DNA of 64,000 nucleotides, taken from positions 13,439,950 to 13,503,949 of the forward strand of contig MU054323.1 in NCBI GenBank assembly GCA_013239625.1, in the 5' to 3' direction. Every line of letters starts with the position of its first letter. The first letter of the stretch is position 1. A model generated the notes under the pieces. The model worked only from the letters and a program-made list of their open reading frames with translations, was not told the origin of the DNA and made no database searches. Shown here one piece after another: positions 50,891 to 64,000 of this stretch. The position numbers and the translations under genes are program-made. Origin of the DNA: Lama guanicoe. Its lineage: Eukaryota.

Positions 50891-52171
50891 CTTTAATAAA
50901 AAAGATTAGTTGACTATAAAAATAAAAATAAGATAATGGCAAGAATTTTTTTCATACTTTATGGTGAAAATGTTCAAACAAAAAAAAAGTTGAAAGAAGT
51001 GTGTGGTGAATATCCATCTACTGCCAATTCAGTTTTACCATCAACAATCTACTTTTTTTTCACTTATCTCTCTATTTATTCATTCCTCTTGTCAATCCAT
51101 TGGTCCATCCATTTTTTTTTCAAAATAGTTTGTAGACAGCAGTATACTTCAGTCCTCAACACTTCATCATACAGAGCATTAATATTTATTTATGCAGAAT
51201 TTATATTTTACACAAGATTACATTTATTTTGCCAAAAGGAAAGGCTGTGATTCAAGGAGGATTAACGGAATTCATGGCTGATTGTTACTGGGTTATTTAT
51301 GAAAGCGAGAAGCTGTTTGAGAACCTCTTGATCCTCAAAAGCTGTTACCATGTGGAGCAGACACACCCTCCCACAAAAGAGCCTTTGAAGCACTGTCAAG
51401 TTTTGACTTGGCAAACCACATGCCTCTCAGTAAATGTTAGTTGGACTTGAATGTGAGAAAATGACACCCAGAAGCACAAGCTATTTGCCAGTAAGTGATA
51501 GAGCTTGTAGGAGAACAAATCACCTCTAAAAGTTTCACATTGAGCATCACTCCCTGCCTGGAATAACTGCACAGTAACAGCGCAACATAGTGAATAATTT
51601 ATAAGTAAAAACTGTAATACAGGCAATACATTCAATATAGACTCATCCTGAGATTACTCAGGGGGAGCCAGTACTTGGGCAATGGGAAAGGAAGTGAATT
51701 GTTCTCACAAAATAGAATTTTTTATTCACATATTGAAAAAAATGCCTCAATGTGTCAGTATTTGTCCTCTAAAGTTCTTCAAAAGGATTAAAACAGCTTA
51801 TGATAAACAGCAAAATTAAAATAAAACTGAAAATGATTAACGTAGAGATGAAAAAGGGGCTAAGATACGCCAGTTTGTAGATGAGGAACAAGTTTAGACT
51901 TAAAAAGCTTTGAAGTGTTCTAAACTGAGTCAAATTCTGACGTGTTAAATCCTGCCAGTTGCCTCAAGAATGGAAAATCAAGCTGAGATGGTGTCTAGAC
52001 GACGCATTCATTCAAATGTCTGTTATTGTTGAAGATATCTAGGATTCATTTGAAAACTGAAAAATTCAGTCAAATAGCCAGGCATTTGTCTACACAAAAA
52101 GCAGACATTCTGAAAAAATTTAGTTGATTGACTTTTTCAGTTTTCATTTTTATGTTGTGACATGTCTATAT

Positions 52172-52399
52172 CAGTGGTTCTCAACTAGGAAAAATTTTAC
52201 CCTCGAGGGAACATTATGTGATGTCCGGAGATGTTTTGAGCTGTCTCTACTGTGGGTGGAGGTGGGGGTGAAGTACTCCTAGCACCTGGTGGGTAGAGGC
52301 TGAAGATGCTGCTAAACAGCCTGTGATGCACAGGATGGACGCCTGCAAGAAAGAATTATCCAGCTGAAGTATCAATGGTAACGAGGCTGAGAAACCCTG
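52172..52399. mobile_element. MER20 hAT-Charlie element, full length
   Basis: cagtggttctcaac...tgtccggagatgtttt...gggtagaggc..gatgctgctaaaca.cct...aaagaattatccagc...gaggctgagaaaccctg. Confidence 0.85.
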
Positions 52400-52949
52400 A
52401 TCCATGTGAGTCAGTTACAAGTCTTACTCTAATATGCCTTCAAAACACTTCAGATGATTTACACATGACTTTCCTTCTCGTAATTGCTGTTGAACAGTAA
52501 GTAGTGACAATCTGCATTGGCATGAGGGCAAAAATGAGATGTCAAATGACTAGTCCTCCAGAATAAAGTTCACAAAAAGCCAAGGTGAGTGGTTCACAGC
52601 ACAAGATGACAGCACTCTTTGGTGTCCAAGGGCATCAAATGTTGGCAGACTACAATACAGATATTTAACTAACAGAACAGCATTCAAAGGAATGAGGACC
52701 ACATTGCTTATAGGAGCAGGAAAAAGGATCATTAGATACTAAGTTATAGGACAGTTCATCCTGGGATATCTCCCTCTTGGACTTGGGGAGCTCATTTCTC
52801 TCTTCTTTCTTTCCTCTTCAAAAACTCAAGGAGATTGGAGGGTATCAGAAACAGGTGGATTAGATAAGCTCCTGCTGCCAGCCTGGTGATTTTATATCTC
52901 TGATTGATGTTATTCTCCTTCCTCGTCCCCTCAGCAATTATATATGCTC

Positions 52950-54170
52950 TATCTGTGCTTGCAACCATATTCTCCTTTCTTCATTCTTGTTACAGCTGGT
53001 AGCCATGCCCTCATCTTCAGTTATCCCCTTCTCCTTCTGAATCTTTAATGATCACTTCTCTAGTAGATCATCCTCATCAGCATCTAGGTATGTGCCAGCA
53101 ACTCTCGTCTTACAAAAATACCCCTTGATTCCCACTACTTCTGCCAATTTGTCTTCATGCTAATCCTAAACAAACTCATTAAACTCATATTCTACACATG
53201 CTATCTTTGTTTCTCGCCCTCCCATTCACTCTTCAACTCACACTCACGTGGCTTCTGTCCATAGCTCCACTGAAGCTGCTCTTATCAAGGTTACCAGTGA
53301 CCTCTTTGTAGCAAAAATTACAAAGCAGATAGTTTTCCATCCTTCTCTTATTTGACCTCTCAGTAGCATTCAACACAGTTGATTGTTTTAACTTTCAGGA
53401 GCACGTTCTTCTCTTGGCCTCATGGCACAAAATGCTTCAAGTTTTGCTTCTGCTCCTCTGACAACTCCTCCTTAAGACACTTTTCTGCTTTGTCTCCTCT
53501 CTCTGACCTCTAGAATGCCCAAGGCTTAAGGGTGGACTATTTTGTCCCTTCTCTTTATGCATTCTTCCTAAGGAATATGAACCATTCTTATGGCTTTAAA
53601 TGCTGTTCACATGGGGTTAACTCCCAATTTTAAATTCCATCCAGATCTTCTCTTGGACCTCCATATTTGTATAAATAACAGCTTCTTGAGACCTGCACAT
53701 AGGAGTTTCACAGGCATCTCAGCCTGAAGGCATCTTAAGCACAACTCTAGATGTCTTGCATTGTACCCACTCTCTCCATCCTGTCAATCTTCTCCAACTC
53801 AGTAAGGGTAATTATGACCTCACCTGTTTTTCAAGCCTTTCTTTCCCTCACATCTTTCACTAAATTAATCTCCAAGTTTCAATTCTTGGCTTAAATATTG
53901 TCTCTTCAAAGAGATCTTTCCTTACCACTCAGCTAAAATAATCCCTCTTGTCATTCTCTTTGTCCTCTCATTTGGATTTTCATTCATAGCTCTTATAACA
54001 ATTTGTAATTATATATCAACTTTATCTACTTGTTTGATGTCGGTTTCCCTCCATAAACAGTACACGCCACAGAGATTTGGTCTGTGTCATTCACCATTGG
54101 ATACCCTGGCCCTGGCATAATGTCTGGAACATAGAGGTTTGTGCTTAGTCGATATTCATTGAGTCAATAA
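52950..54170 (+). mobile_element. L2 LINE 3' portion (~1.2 kb)
   Basis: ctccactgaagctgctcttatcaaggttaccagtgacctc...tttgacctctcagtagcattcaacacagttga (RT STETAL..DLSAAFDTV remnant); L2-like 3' end near 54120-54170. Confidence 0.8.
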
Positions 54171-55216
54171 AGGAATTAGGATTTGAATACTGAGCCTAAA
54201 ACAGACGTTTTTTCCCCTTGACAAGAAAAGAATCAGGTCCTTTTGCTGTTAGAATCATACTTTTAATTAGATTAAAAGATAACATTTAAACATCACCGAG
54301 GGTGGGGGAGGAAAAACAAGTTACCATTTAATAAATGCTTATAGATTGATGGACAGATTGACCAATTGAAAATTTATTTAATTTCTTTGTATTCCAATTT
54401 ATTTAGTTATAACATAAAATAATACTATTGTCTCTTTTCCAGAATTACTTTATAGGGCAAAGTTAGACTATTGCCCTTTAATCTCCTTTGAAGAAAGACA
54501 CAAATCTCCTTTGCATAAAAGACAAGCAAAGCCCCATTTGAGGGTGCAGCGATTGCACACACGGACAAATTTCTCCAGTCTGAGAACTGCACTGCACTGA
54601 GTTAATGTCCGCACTCCTGTGGTTTGTGAGCCAAAAAATGTCATCAGTCTAAACGGTTAACACGCCCTATTTGAAAGGACATCACACTTGACAGTGTTTT
54701 TTGAAGTGGCTAGGATTATATCATTGTCTATGCAGCCTCAGGGCCCTCCTCTCTGCTGCCCTGCCCTGTGGGAAGTGTCATATGACGCTGGTGGACCGCA
54801 CAGCACAGTGCCCACCCTCCCTTCTCATGGCATCTGACCAAGGTACTGAAGGGTAACGGAGGTGAACGAAGTGGTGGAGGAAGCAACTTCACGGGGAGGA
54901 GTAGGTGTAGTATCTCTAGACCTTGACAGGGGCATAGATGCCTCTGCAAAAGGAAACCTTATGTTTTTAAATTGGATGTTAAGTCTGAGGTTGCTCATGG
55001 ACTCTTGGGAGGGAGTGAAAATGGCAGTATGTCAAATTTTTTGTGACTCCAAAAAGCTGGTGGTGAGAATCAGGGAGTGATGTGTTTCCATTCCTTTTGC
55101 CCTGGGTAAGTTCATCTGTTTCAAAATGACATCAGATGGTGGAACCTTAGGGAATACTTGTTTTCCTGTGTCTTCTTCTGAAATCCTTTGCGGCAATCAG
55201 TCTCTGTGTGTTTGAG

Positions 55217-55370
55217 TAGTGGCTCTTAAACTATTATTGGTCACAGGCCCCTTTGAGACCCTGAGGAAGGCTATGGACCCTCTTCCCCAGAAAAAAGCTC
55301 ACAGGCATAAACACAAAATTCTACATGTGATGTCATAAGTTTTATAAATCTCTGATTCTTGGTTAAGAGC
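55217..55370. mobile_element. Short hAT-Charlie-type non-autonomous element
   Basis: gtggctcttaaac...ggtcacaggcccctttgaga...ctatggaccctcttccccagaaaaa...ggttaagagc. Confidence 0.55.
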
Positions 55371-55372
55371 TT

Positions 55373-55714
55373 TGGTGTGGACTGAATTGTGTCCCCCTAA
55401 AATTCATGTTATATCTCAATGTAACTGTATTTAAAGATAGGGCCTATAAGGAGACAATTAAAGGTTACACGAGGTCATAAGCATGGGGCCCTATTCCAAT
55501 AGGGCTGTGCTCTAAGGGACACCAGAGCTCTCTCTCTCTACCATGTGAGGACATAATAGCAAGAAGGCTGCGAGCCAGGAAGAGTCCCAGCAGGGACTGA
55601 ATTGGCAACACCTTGATCCTGGACTTCCCAGCTTCTAGAGCTATGAGAAATTTCTGTTGTTTAAGCCACTCAGTCTGTGATATGTTGTTACAGCAGTGTT
55701 AACAAACGAATACA
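55373..55714 (+). mobile_element. MaLR solo LTR (MLT1A-like)
   Basis: tggactgaattgtgtccccctaaaattca...ccatgtgaggaca...caccttgatcctggacttcccagc...tttctgttgtttaagccac...aataca. Confidence 0.88.
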
Positions 55715-58700
55715 AGTTTCTCTCCTAGAAACTGCTCTGCCCCACAAAGTAGCTATGTTTACGGTTACTGATCCATGAAGGAGTGGGACTGGGGGAGGGG
55801 AGGTCCCTAGTGAGCAAATGTTCTGAATGTGGGAGAACCACCTGCACCATGGATGGGAGACTGGGAGCACAGGAACAGGATCAGCTGGCAGCACCATGCC
55901 TGGCTCTCTGCCCTGGGCGTCATGAACCCACACTACCGAGCAAAGTATGAAGTATGACGGACGCGTGGAAGGCTGAGGGGCTCTTGTGCTGAGCGTAGAT
56001 CTTTTCTACAGGTTCTCCTTCATTTCACCGGGCAGGTTATCCATCTGAGCCCAGGGGCCTCCCTGAATTTCTTTCAAACATTTAATAAGAGACAGGTATC
56101 CTCCTGAATATGGTAATCTGGTAAAGCGGCGAAGTCTCTTCCCCCAGAGTTAAGATTGGAGCCACCTGAGCCAGAAACAAACTGCTGGGAATGTGGGAAG
56201 CATTTGCTCCTTAAAAATCCATTTGCCCAATCGTTATCCCTCTTGAAAAAGCTGCTGCTGTCTGATGTGAGTGGAATTTGAGGACAAGGATGATGAGAGT
56301 TGTAATTTGCAGATAATGTAGTCCCAAACTCGGGAGAGCAGAGTCTCAAAGCTTATAATGGTGTTGAAGGAGTGAGTTTAGATTCAGGGAATGGAGCATG
56401 TGTGGCTCTTTCCTGGAAGACTTTAAAAGAGACGCCAAAGTTTGAGTGAACAAAGATAACCAAGAAAATATGTGGGGCTCCATGTGATAAGAGTAAATGA
56501 CGAGACAGGGTTCTGGATCCAAGCGTCAGAGCCAGAGAGCCAGCTGTTTGTGCCAAGACGACTTTTGAGGTCAATCTCACCTTCACCACACATTTTTATT
56601 CATCTCAAAGGTACCCAGAACTGCTTCTGATGCCCAGCCCCCATCAACCAGGAATATCAGCTTCTTACTAAACCCTCCACTGTCATTTTAGACCCCTGAA
56701 TACAAAAATTATTTTGACAAAGGGAGATGATTAGGTTGAAATAGGTTTTGCAAAGTTCAAGAGTCAAATTCCCTTGAAACCAGACTGATGAGCAGAAATC
56801 CCATGACTGACAACATATAGCTGCTGATTCAATTCTCCATACCTAAATAGCAAAACAACTGCTTCATATCAGAAAACTCACTTTCTTAAGCAGATGCATT
56901 AGTTCAAAATCAGCCTCTGACACATGCACTTTTTACTTCCCAGGGACCCCACCATGAGTCCGGAGTCTATGGAAGCACTACTGTGATGGCATATTTTTCT
57001 TTCTCTGATTAACTCACTGTTTAAACTTGTGCAAATTATGTTTTCTTTTTGGCCCCGAGGCTCTCCTTTATAAAGTGAGGTAGTTAACCTGAAAAATAAA
57101 AGGTCCCCTTGAAAAGAGGAAAAATATGTCTCTGTCTCTCCTGTACCGCAATCTATTTCTCTAATAGAACCAGAGGTTTTCTTGGAGTAGACAAAAAAAG
57201 CTCTATCAGAAGCCTTGAATGAGCAAGATGACAAAATCAGGTGTTTGGAGGTTAATCCTTGCAGCTGCACTGACCAGTAAATAACACTCCCCTGGTTGCT
57301 GGTTTCTATTTTTAGAGTCATAAACAACAACAAAGGAAGAATACCAACCCAACGTATATAGTCACTAATTATCCAAGTGACTCATTATCTAAGTGCTGGA
57401 AATTATCCACAGGAGATTATCCTGAGAAGTCCACAGTGATGAGTACCTGTGCATTACTTGAATCTGACATGAAGGAATGAGCCATTACTAGTTTAAGTCA
57501 ACAAATCCAAAGCAGCAGAGAGAGGAAGTGGGAGAGAGTGAAACTGGATACTTACTGTAGTGTGGGGAATCTGAAAATGTATTTGCCTCTAAGCATAAGT
57601 AGGTAGGTACTTTTTGTGTAGCTATCCCAGTGTACAGTCTAGTTGCCTTTAATCTTTCCAGAATCTACAAAGTTAGGTGTTTAGAGGGCATTTGGCACCA
57701 AGTCCCATGCTCTTTGGGAATCATTAGTTAACATCCATTTTGTGATTAGGACAATGTTTCTGTAAAAGAAGAACACAGGTATCTGAGGAAGTTGCAAAAC
57801 TTGGAGGTAATCTAGAAATTTACTCATATTATAAATGGATACAAATAATTTATTGACCAAGCTTGACAAATGCTATAGAAATCCACATCTTACTTTCTTG
57901 CTTGAGCAAGACTTAGTCTTGCAATTTGAGCCTACATTTGAATGGAAATATTCCAGGAGGCATAGTAGCTGTCTTGTGATTCTTCCTTGTCCAATTCACA
58001 AATAGAAACATTCTAAAGAGCCCTCCTTAGCATCTTGATGTCAGCTGGCATCCTGGGGAGCCTGAGAAGGGGCTTGCAAAGGCAAACGTTTGTAAGGCCA
58101 AGAAAATACCAGAATGAGTGCAGTGGATTTAGGGATAAGACAAATTCTCTCTGCCTAGGACAAGTGATATTTCGCTTTCTTCTTAAATGTGCTACAGAAG
58201 AAAAGGCACAGAGTTGGGTGATAAATGGCCCTGACACTTGGCCTCAGTTTGGGGAGACAATAGAGGGTAGTGGAGATTTGGGGAACTGGGAGGTGGTTGC
58301 CACTCAGCTCCAGCCAGGTGATGCCTCATGGGGATGCAGCCCTAAAACCAGCAGATCTGATTTTTCCACAAAAATCTAGAAAACTGGATTTTTTTAAGGT
58401 GAAAATCTGGATTTGTACATTTTTGCAAGTAATTCAGAATTTCTACAACTTTGTGATGGCCAGTCCTGTGTGAACCTAACCAAAAATATGTCTATGAGCT
58501 AGATCTCTGTTTAGGAGGTCACTATTTTATAACCTGTAGGTGCTGGGTGACGAAGAACTTGTTAACTTATATCATCTTCACTTTGGAGGAAAAAACTGAG
58601 ACTTGTGGTTTATTATTTGTGTGTCTCTAGACTTTCAAATAAAGGGGAAAATGCAAAAAGAGAAGGGCATTTAAGAACAATATTTATAATGTGTATATAG

Positions 58701-59085
58701 CCACTATACCTTCCTATTTAATTGCTGTCACGTCAGAGCCAGAGTTCTTGGGTTATTACAGGAAGCACGATTTTGTGTTAGGACCCACAAGTACATCTGT
58801 GTGAGATACTGCTGATGCCAAGTATCGCATCTGTTCAGTCATCTTGGTGTGAATATGGGTCTCTGTAAAAAAAACTCACTGGAAAGACTCAGGTTGTTCC
58901 ATATTATAATAAAGATATGGAGATTTGGATACATCTAGATGATGCAAGGAATTTCCCAGTCTTTTTAAAACAGATGTTTGGCACTCTGTGGACAACACAT
59001 TGTCAAATTGAAAACTCCGTATCCGAAAGCAACATTAGATTTTAGGAAAGAAACTGGAATACCTGAGAAACAAAAACAATTTTAC

Positions 59086-59482
59086 TATTTGAGATCACTC
59101 ATATGTGGAATTAAAAAGAAAAAAAAAAGACAAATGAACATAAATACAAAAACAGAAACAGAGTCATAGACATAGAATACAAACTTGTGGTTGCCAGGGG
59201 GGAGTGGGGTGGGAAGGGACAGATTGGGAGTTCGAAATTTGTAGATACTGACAGGTATATATAGAATAGATAAACAAGAATATACTGTATAGCAGAGGGA
59301 AATATATACAATATCTTGTGGTAGCTCACTGTGAAAAAGAATGTGACAATGAATATATGTACGTTCATGTATAACTGAAAAATTGTGCTGTACACTGGAA
59401 ATTGACACAGCATTGCACACTGACTATAACTCAATAAAATAAAATTTAAAAAATAATAATAAAGTGCAATAACTAACTTAAA
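59086..59482 (+). mobile_element. Young camelid-like L1 3' end with TSD
   Basis: atcactcatatgtggaat...acagaaacagagtcatagacatagaatacaaactt...ctgactataactcaataaaat; TSD aaaaaca(a/c)ttttac at 59072-59085 and 59483-59496. Confidence 0.92.
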
Positions 59483-60599
59483 AAAAACACTTTTACAAAA
59501 TCTGGGCTCCCTTCACATTGTTTAAGATACATGAAGGTAATACATTTTGGGTCTTGAGCACTCCTTGATTTTTCAGTGTAGATACGGCTTCAGGTAGTCC
59601 AGTATTTTCCCACAGTCATTGATGTTTTTATGGTGGGTTTTTGCCTTTATCTCCCGAGCCAAGTATTACTACATTATTATGTAGTAGTAAGTTAGTGAGA
59701 GGTTTAAACATTTTCATTTGCATTTTTCTGTTTTAAAAATGCTATAAATAATTTGTGTTGCACTTAGTAGTGAGGAAGTATCTTTTTACCTAAATCCTTG
59801 GTGAATGCTTTCAGGTTTTTTTATGATTAATAGTTAAAGAGTATCTAAACAAATAAATAAATACATGTCCATTTTCCTGGACTAGAAACTAGAAGCAAGT
59901 GTTAAAAAGAAGTCACTGAAGATGAGATATTGTGGTGAGATAAAGATTGGCAAGGGTATAAAACTGTGCGAATATGCAGATTTGTGAAATCCCCGCAAAT
60001 TACCACAGAAGCCGATGAGGTTCTCGTTCTAATTTTAGTGCCCAGCTTGGTTTCACTTACTATTTCAACTCTTCAACATTCTTCTGTGACAAGTGGATCC
60101 ATCAGCAAAACTTTTGGTGGAAGTGTTTTTGTGCAATATCTACTCTCAAGAATTGTTTTTGAAGTATTAGTAACCTGACACGCATTTATTTCCATTTCAC
60201 AGAAGAATGAATGCAGTGTGAAGACTTGGATCTCATCCATGACTCATTGGTACACACAAGATACTGCTGGCATTTCTGTATGGATCTACTGAAATCTCCT
60301 GGCCTCTAACCTCTCTGGGGGCATGTACGTGTCTTTGTATCCCCTTAAGTACTTATTGTATGTGCTTGATAAATCTCTCTTTAAAAAATAGATTGTAACT
60401 GATCAGTAAAAATATAATTGAATAGATAGGTTTGCATATCTAGAGAAGTTAGGTCTATCCTCCAAAAATAATGAATATTAGAATAGGGAAGTTGATAGCA
60501 GAATCTTCATTTAAAAATTTTTTGAGACTAGGACACAGTTGGTAGAAATGGTATTTAAACTAGTTCTCAATTCATAACTCAAATTTCCAGCCTATGCTG

Positions 60600-60698
60600 C
60601 CTTTCTCCTTTTTTTCCTTCTCTTCCTTTTCTCTTTTTCCTTTTCTTCCTTCCTTCTTCCCTCCCTCCCTTCCTCCCCCACCTTCCTTACTTTCCCCC
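60600..60698. repeat. Polypyrimidine low-complexity tract
   Basis: About 100 nt of almost pure C/T. Confidence 0.9.
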
Positions 60699-60814
60699 CA
60701 AGTCTTTTGCAAAATAGATATATGTGACTTCTGAGTTTGAGAGACATGACATAAATAGGAATCATTATATCCCTTGGGTAGAAGGCACTTTTTGTCACTT
60801 GCCAGGAAAACAAT

Positions 60815-61065
60815 GATAGTAGCTAACATTTACTGCGAATATTCTGTGTGTGGGTTAATACACACTTTACCTATATTCACTCATTCAGTTCTCATAACAA
60901 CCCTCCAACAGAGATACTGTTATTATCCTGCCATACAGATAAAGATACAGAGATATAGGAAGATTAAATAATTTGCTCAAGGCCACACAGCTAGAAAGTG
61001 TAAGAGTCAAATTTGATCCCAATGGTCTGGCTCTGAAGTCCAGGCCCTTAACCATTAAGTTATAT
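60815..61065 (-). mobile_element. MIR SINE, near full length
   Basis: tagctaacatttactg...tctcataacaaccct...acagataaaga...tttgctcaaggccacacagctag...tctggctctgaagtcc...ttaaccat. Confidence 0.85.
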
Positions 61066-61849
61066 ACTCAGAACTCATTCAAGGAGTAAACCGTGTGAAG
61101 CCTACACAGACCCACAGGAAAGGACTACATTGGATTATGCCACATGGACCATCACAGAGGCTTTCAGTTCTGATGCTTAGAACATGGTAGCCCCCTCTCT
61201 ATGTTTGTTGGGTGAATGAATAAACATGTAGGTACTTTAATTCATTTTAAGACAGCACCATTCTGTTAGCATTCCTGTGTTTCCATATCTGTCTGCTTTT
61301 TTTCAGCATCCTTCTCTCTGCATGCAGAGTTCTTTTCTCTGCTCAGTGCAGCCTCACTCATGCTGCAAGGCACAGCTCAATTCTGTGAGTCAGAGCTTGT
61401 TTTTACTTCTCGCTCATAATGCCCTGTATCGTAATTTCTGTTGATGTGTGCCGCCTCTTTAGACCCTGAGGCCTCTGAGATCACAGTCTGTGCCTGTTAC
61501 GTACTTGTACCTCTGCCATGGTGTTAATCACAGTGTCTGGCACAGAAACAAGTATTGAATAGACAAGAAAATGACTGGAAGAAGTATTTGGTATACTTTT
61601 ATTCTCTCTAACATAAATCTGTACTACTAAAAATCTAGAAATGGGTCTTGAAATTCCATTACAGGCATGTTAATATAAAGGAAATAAATTTATTCAATAA
61701 TCAAAAGAAAAAAGTTCGAGACAAGAATAAGATTAGAGAGGAAAGTTGGAGAAGAAATAAATTTAAAGTTTGAAGACCATGTTGGAAGAATAAGACGGCA
61801 GAGAAAGATAACCATATAAAGATATCAGACATACTTCTGTTTTGGGAGC

Positions 61850-62810
61850 TAGAAAGACAAAAGACAGGGTCTAGTTCTTAAGAAACTACTGGGGAGACAG
61901 AACTATTCAGTAACATAAATCACACAAAGCCTAAAGGAAGTCAGTACACTGAGTGCCAAAGTCGGCCTGGAAGAGCTGGGAGGGAGGAGGAGATTTCAAG
62001 TAGGCATTTGAGAAGTGAGTATGTGATTGCCAAGCAGACATACTGTGGGGAGGAGAGACATTCTAAAAAAAGAAACAATATAGGCAAATCATGTCTTAGT
62101 CGGTTCAGACTGCTTTAACAATAGTGCCATAAACTGGGTGGCTTAAACAACAAACCACCCTCATGAGTTAATTATCTTCCAAAGACCCCCCCCGATTGGG
62201 GATTGGGGTTTCAACATAGGAATTTGAGGGGACTCAAACATTCAGTCCATATCACATGGGCACTATGAAAAAGAAGTTCATTTTACAGTAATAGAACATG
62301 CTTTGGGTAAAGCAGAGGTGAGTAAAGAGGAGTGAGGGTGTGGGTGGGCAGAATCAGGGCCATTCATTAAAGGCTTTGTATGCCAAGCAAGGACTTTAGA
62401 TTGAGCCAATTGGGAATGGTAGAAGGACTTTAAATAAAGGGGTTATGTGATCAATCTGATAATTTGGGAAGACTGATTTGGCACTAATGGAGAGGAGAGA
62501 TAAACAAGAAGTGAGAGCCAGTCTAGAAGCCTGACAAGTAAGCATCGCAGTGGCCCAGGGGAAAGTAATGACATCTTGAACCCAGGAGTGGCAATGGAGA
62601 GGGAAAGAAGCGAAGGTATATGCTCACACACCTCACATTCAATCAGGAGGTAGATGATCAGACTCGGACATGGAGGGATGATGAAGGAAGGTGCTAGGAA
62701 ATCTAGGGTGAGTCCCAAGTTTCTGGCATGGAATATTGGGAGGCAGTTTGAGCCATAAATCGAGGAAGAAAATATAGGAGATATAGTAGTTTAGGAAAGT
62801 GAAGACAACA
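61850..62810 (-). mobile_element. L2 fragments with a nested, internally deleted MLT1A/MST-like LTR at 62092-62256
   Basis: LTR ends tgtcttagtcggttcagactgct...ctgggtggcttaaacaacaaa joined to tttcaacataggaatttgaggggactcaaacattcagtccata; L2 on both sides. Confidence 0.7.
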
Positions 62811-62814
62811 TATT

Positions 62815-63465
62815 TTTTAATTAATTAAAAAATCAATAGAGATATAACTCGTATACCATTAGAATCTACTTTTTTTAAGAGTAGAGGTCAGTGATTTTTA
62901 GTGTATTCACAAGGTTGTGCAATTACCACAGTCAAATTCCAGACCATCTTCATCACCCTCAAAAAGAAACCCTGAACTCTTTGTAGTCACTCCCTAGTCC
63001 TCCTTTCCCTCAGCCCCTGGCAACTGCTAGTTTACTATCTGTCTCTACCTATTGGATTTACCTATTCCAGACATTTCATATAAGTGGAATTTACAATATA
63101 TAGCCTTTTTTGTGTCTGGCTTCTTTTACTTAATGATTAGGTTTATCCTTATTATAGCATGTATCAATGTCTTTTCTTTTTATGGCTAAATAATATTCCA
63201 CTGTATAGATACACCTCATTTTGTTTTTCCATTCACCAGTTCACGGACATCTGGGTTGTTTCCACTTTTGAACTATTCTGAATAATACTGAAATGAGTAT
63301 TTGTGTACAAGTGTTTTGTGGACACTAAGTTTTCAGTTCTCTTGGGTGTATACGCAGGAGTGAATTTGCTTGACCATCTGGTAACTCGATGTTTATGTCT
63401 TTGAGGAACTACCAAACTGTTTTCCAAAGTGGCTGTCTCATTTTACATTTCCACTAGCAATGTAT
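62815..63465 (-). mobile_element. L1MB-like 3' end (~650 bp)
   Basis: tagtgtattcacaaggttgtgcaa...cagcccctggcaac...atttacctattccagacatttcatataagtggaat...ttgaggaactaccaaactgttttccaaagtggctg. Confidence 0.9.
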
Positions 63466-64000
63466 GCTAGTAAGATATGAAAACTTACTCAAAAGTTAAG
63501 TAAAACCTGCCCAAAGTCATTCATTAGTAAGGAGCAGAGCTAGGGTGTGATCTCAAGCCTGCCTCTCTTCAGAGCCCACTCTGCCCTCTACTATGCACCA
63601 CACTGGTGTCACCAACACAGAGGTGGTGGGTGAAGCTGTGGTTGTGGATGAGCTTACACTGAGCATTTGAAGCAAAAGAAAAAGGCCAGGTATGGAGACC
63701 TGCAAACCTGTATGTCAGACTGGGAATGTGTGACCAGAGGCATAGGAGGAAAATCAGGGAAGAGAAGGTGCTAGGAACACCATCCGAGGGGAGAATTTTA
63801 GGGAGGGTGGGGTCAAGGGGTAGCATGTGGCATAACTTCTGCCAGAACCCGGTTACCTCTACTGGAGTAGTTTTGGAGAGGTGTGGGGGTGGGAAGTGGA
63901 GGGAGAACTGATTTGGGTGGTCTGAAGAGGGGATAAAATCGAGCCAGCAAATTTTATTTGACCGTGAAGGTTGGAGAGACAGGCAAGATGGCCAAAAGAC

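Noticed and set aside
54720..55111. Possible plus-strand exons ending at AAG|GTACTG (~54842) or TGG|GTAAGT (55105)
   Set aside because: No convincing acceptor or promoter context and no recognisable coding frame
13506..57315. Apparent enrichment of MEF2 sites (13506, 25397, 57306, plus CTATTTATAA at 39882)
   Set aside because: A rough estimate for CTAWWWWTAG at about 60% AT gives 2-3 chance hits per 64 kb, so the count is not enriched; only the 13506 site has supporting context

Overview
AT-rich, repeat-dense mammalian non-coding DNA (intronic or intergenic). The young L1 3' ends resemble camelid (alpaca/camel) ones, and I saw no Alu, Bov-tA/BovB, PRE-1 or SINEC. I could not recognise any intact host protein-coding exon; the listed ORFs are chance frames or decayed transposon sequence. 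Best-supported features: (1) a full-length U1 snRNA retropseudogene with A-tail and target-site duplication (TSD) at 6.8 kb; (2) a minus-strand ERV1-class provirus remnant at 48.1-49.9 kb (complete 5' LTR, tRNA-Arg-like primer-binding site (PBS), leader, decayed gag MA to CA), cut off by a 2.6 kb L1, whose LTR/leader is CpG-rich and carries NRF1-like sites and a 9-bp tandem array, making it a candidate exapted promoter; (3) many L1, L2, MIR, MaLR/ERVL and hAT/Tigger fossils; (4) a near-consensus CTCF motif at 17.4 kb and several candidate plus-strand promoter/first-exon modules (best: MEF2/TATA-like site plus strong donor at 13.5-13.9 kb). Repeat family names come from recalled consensus sequences and should be confirmed with RepeatMasker/Dfam. 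I found no convincing evidence for a wholly new biological system.
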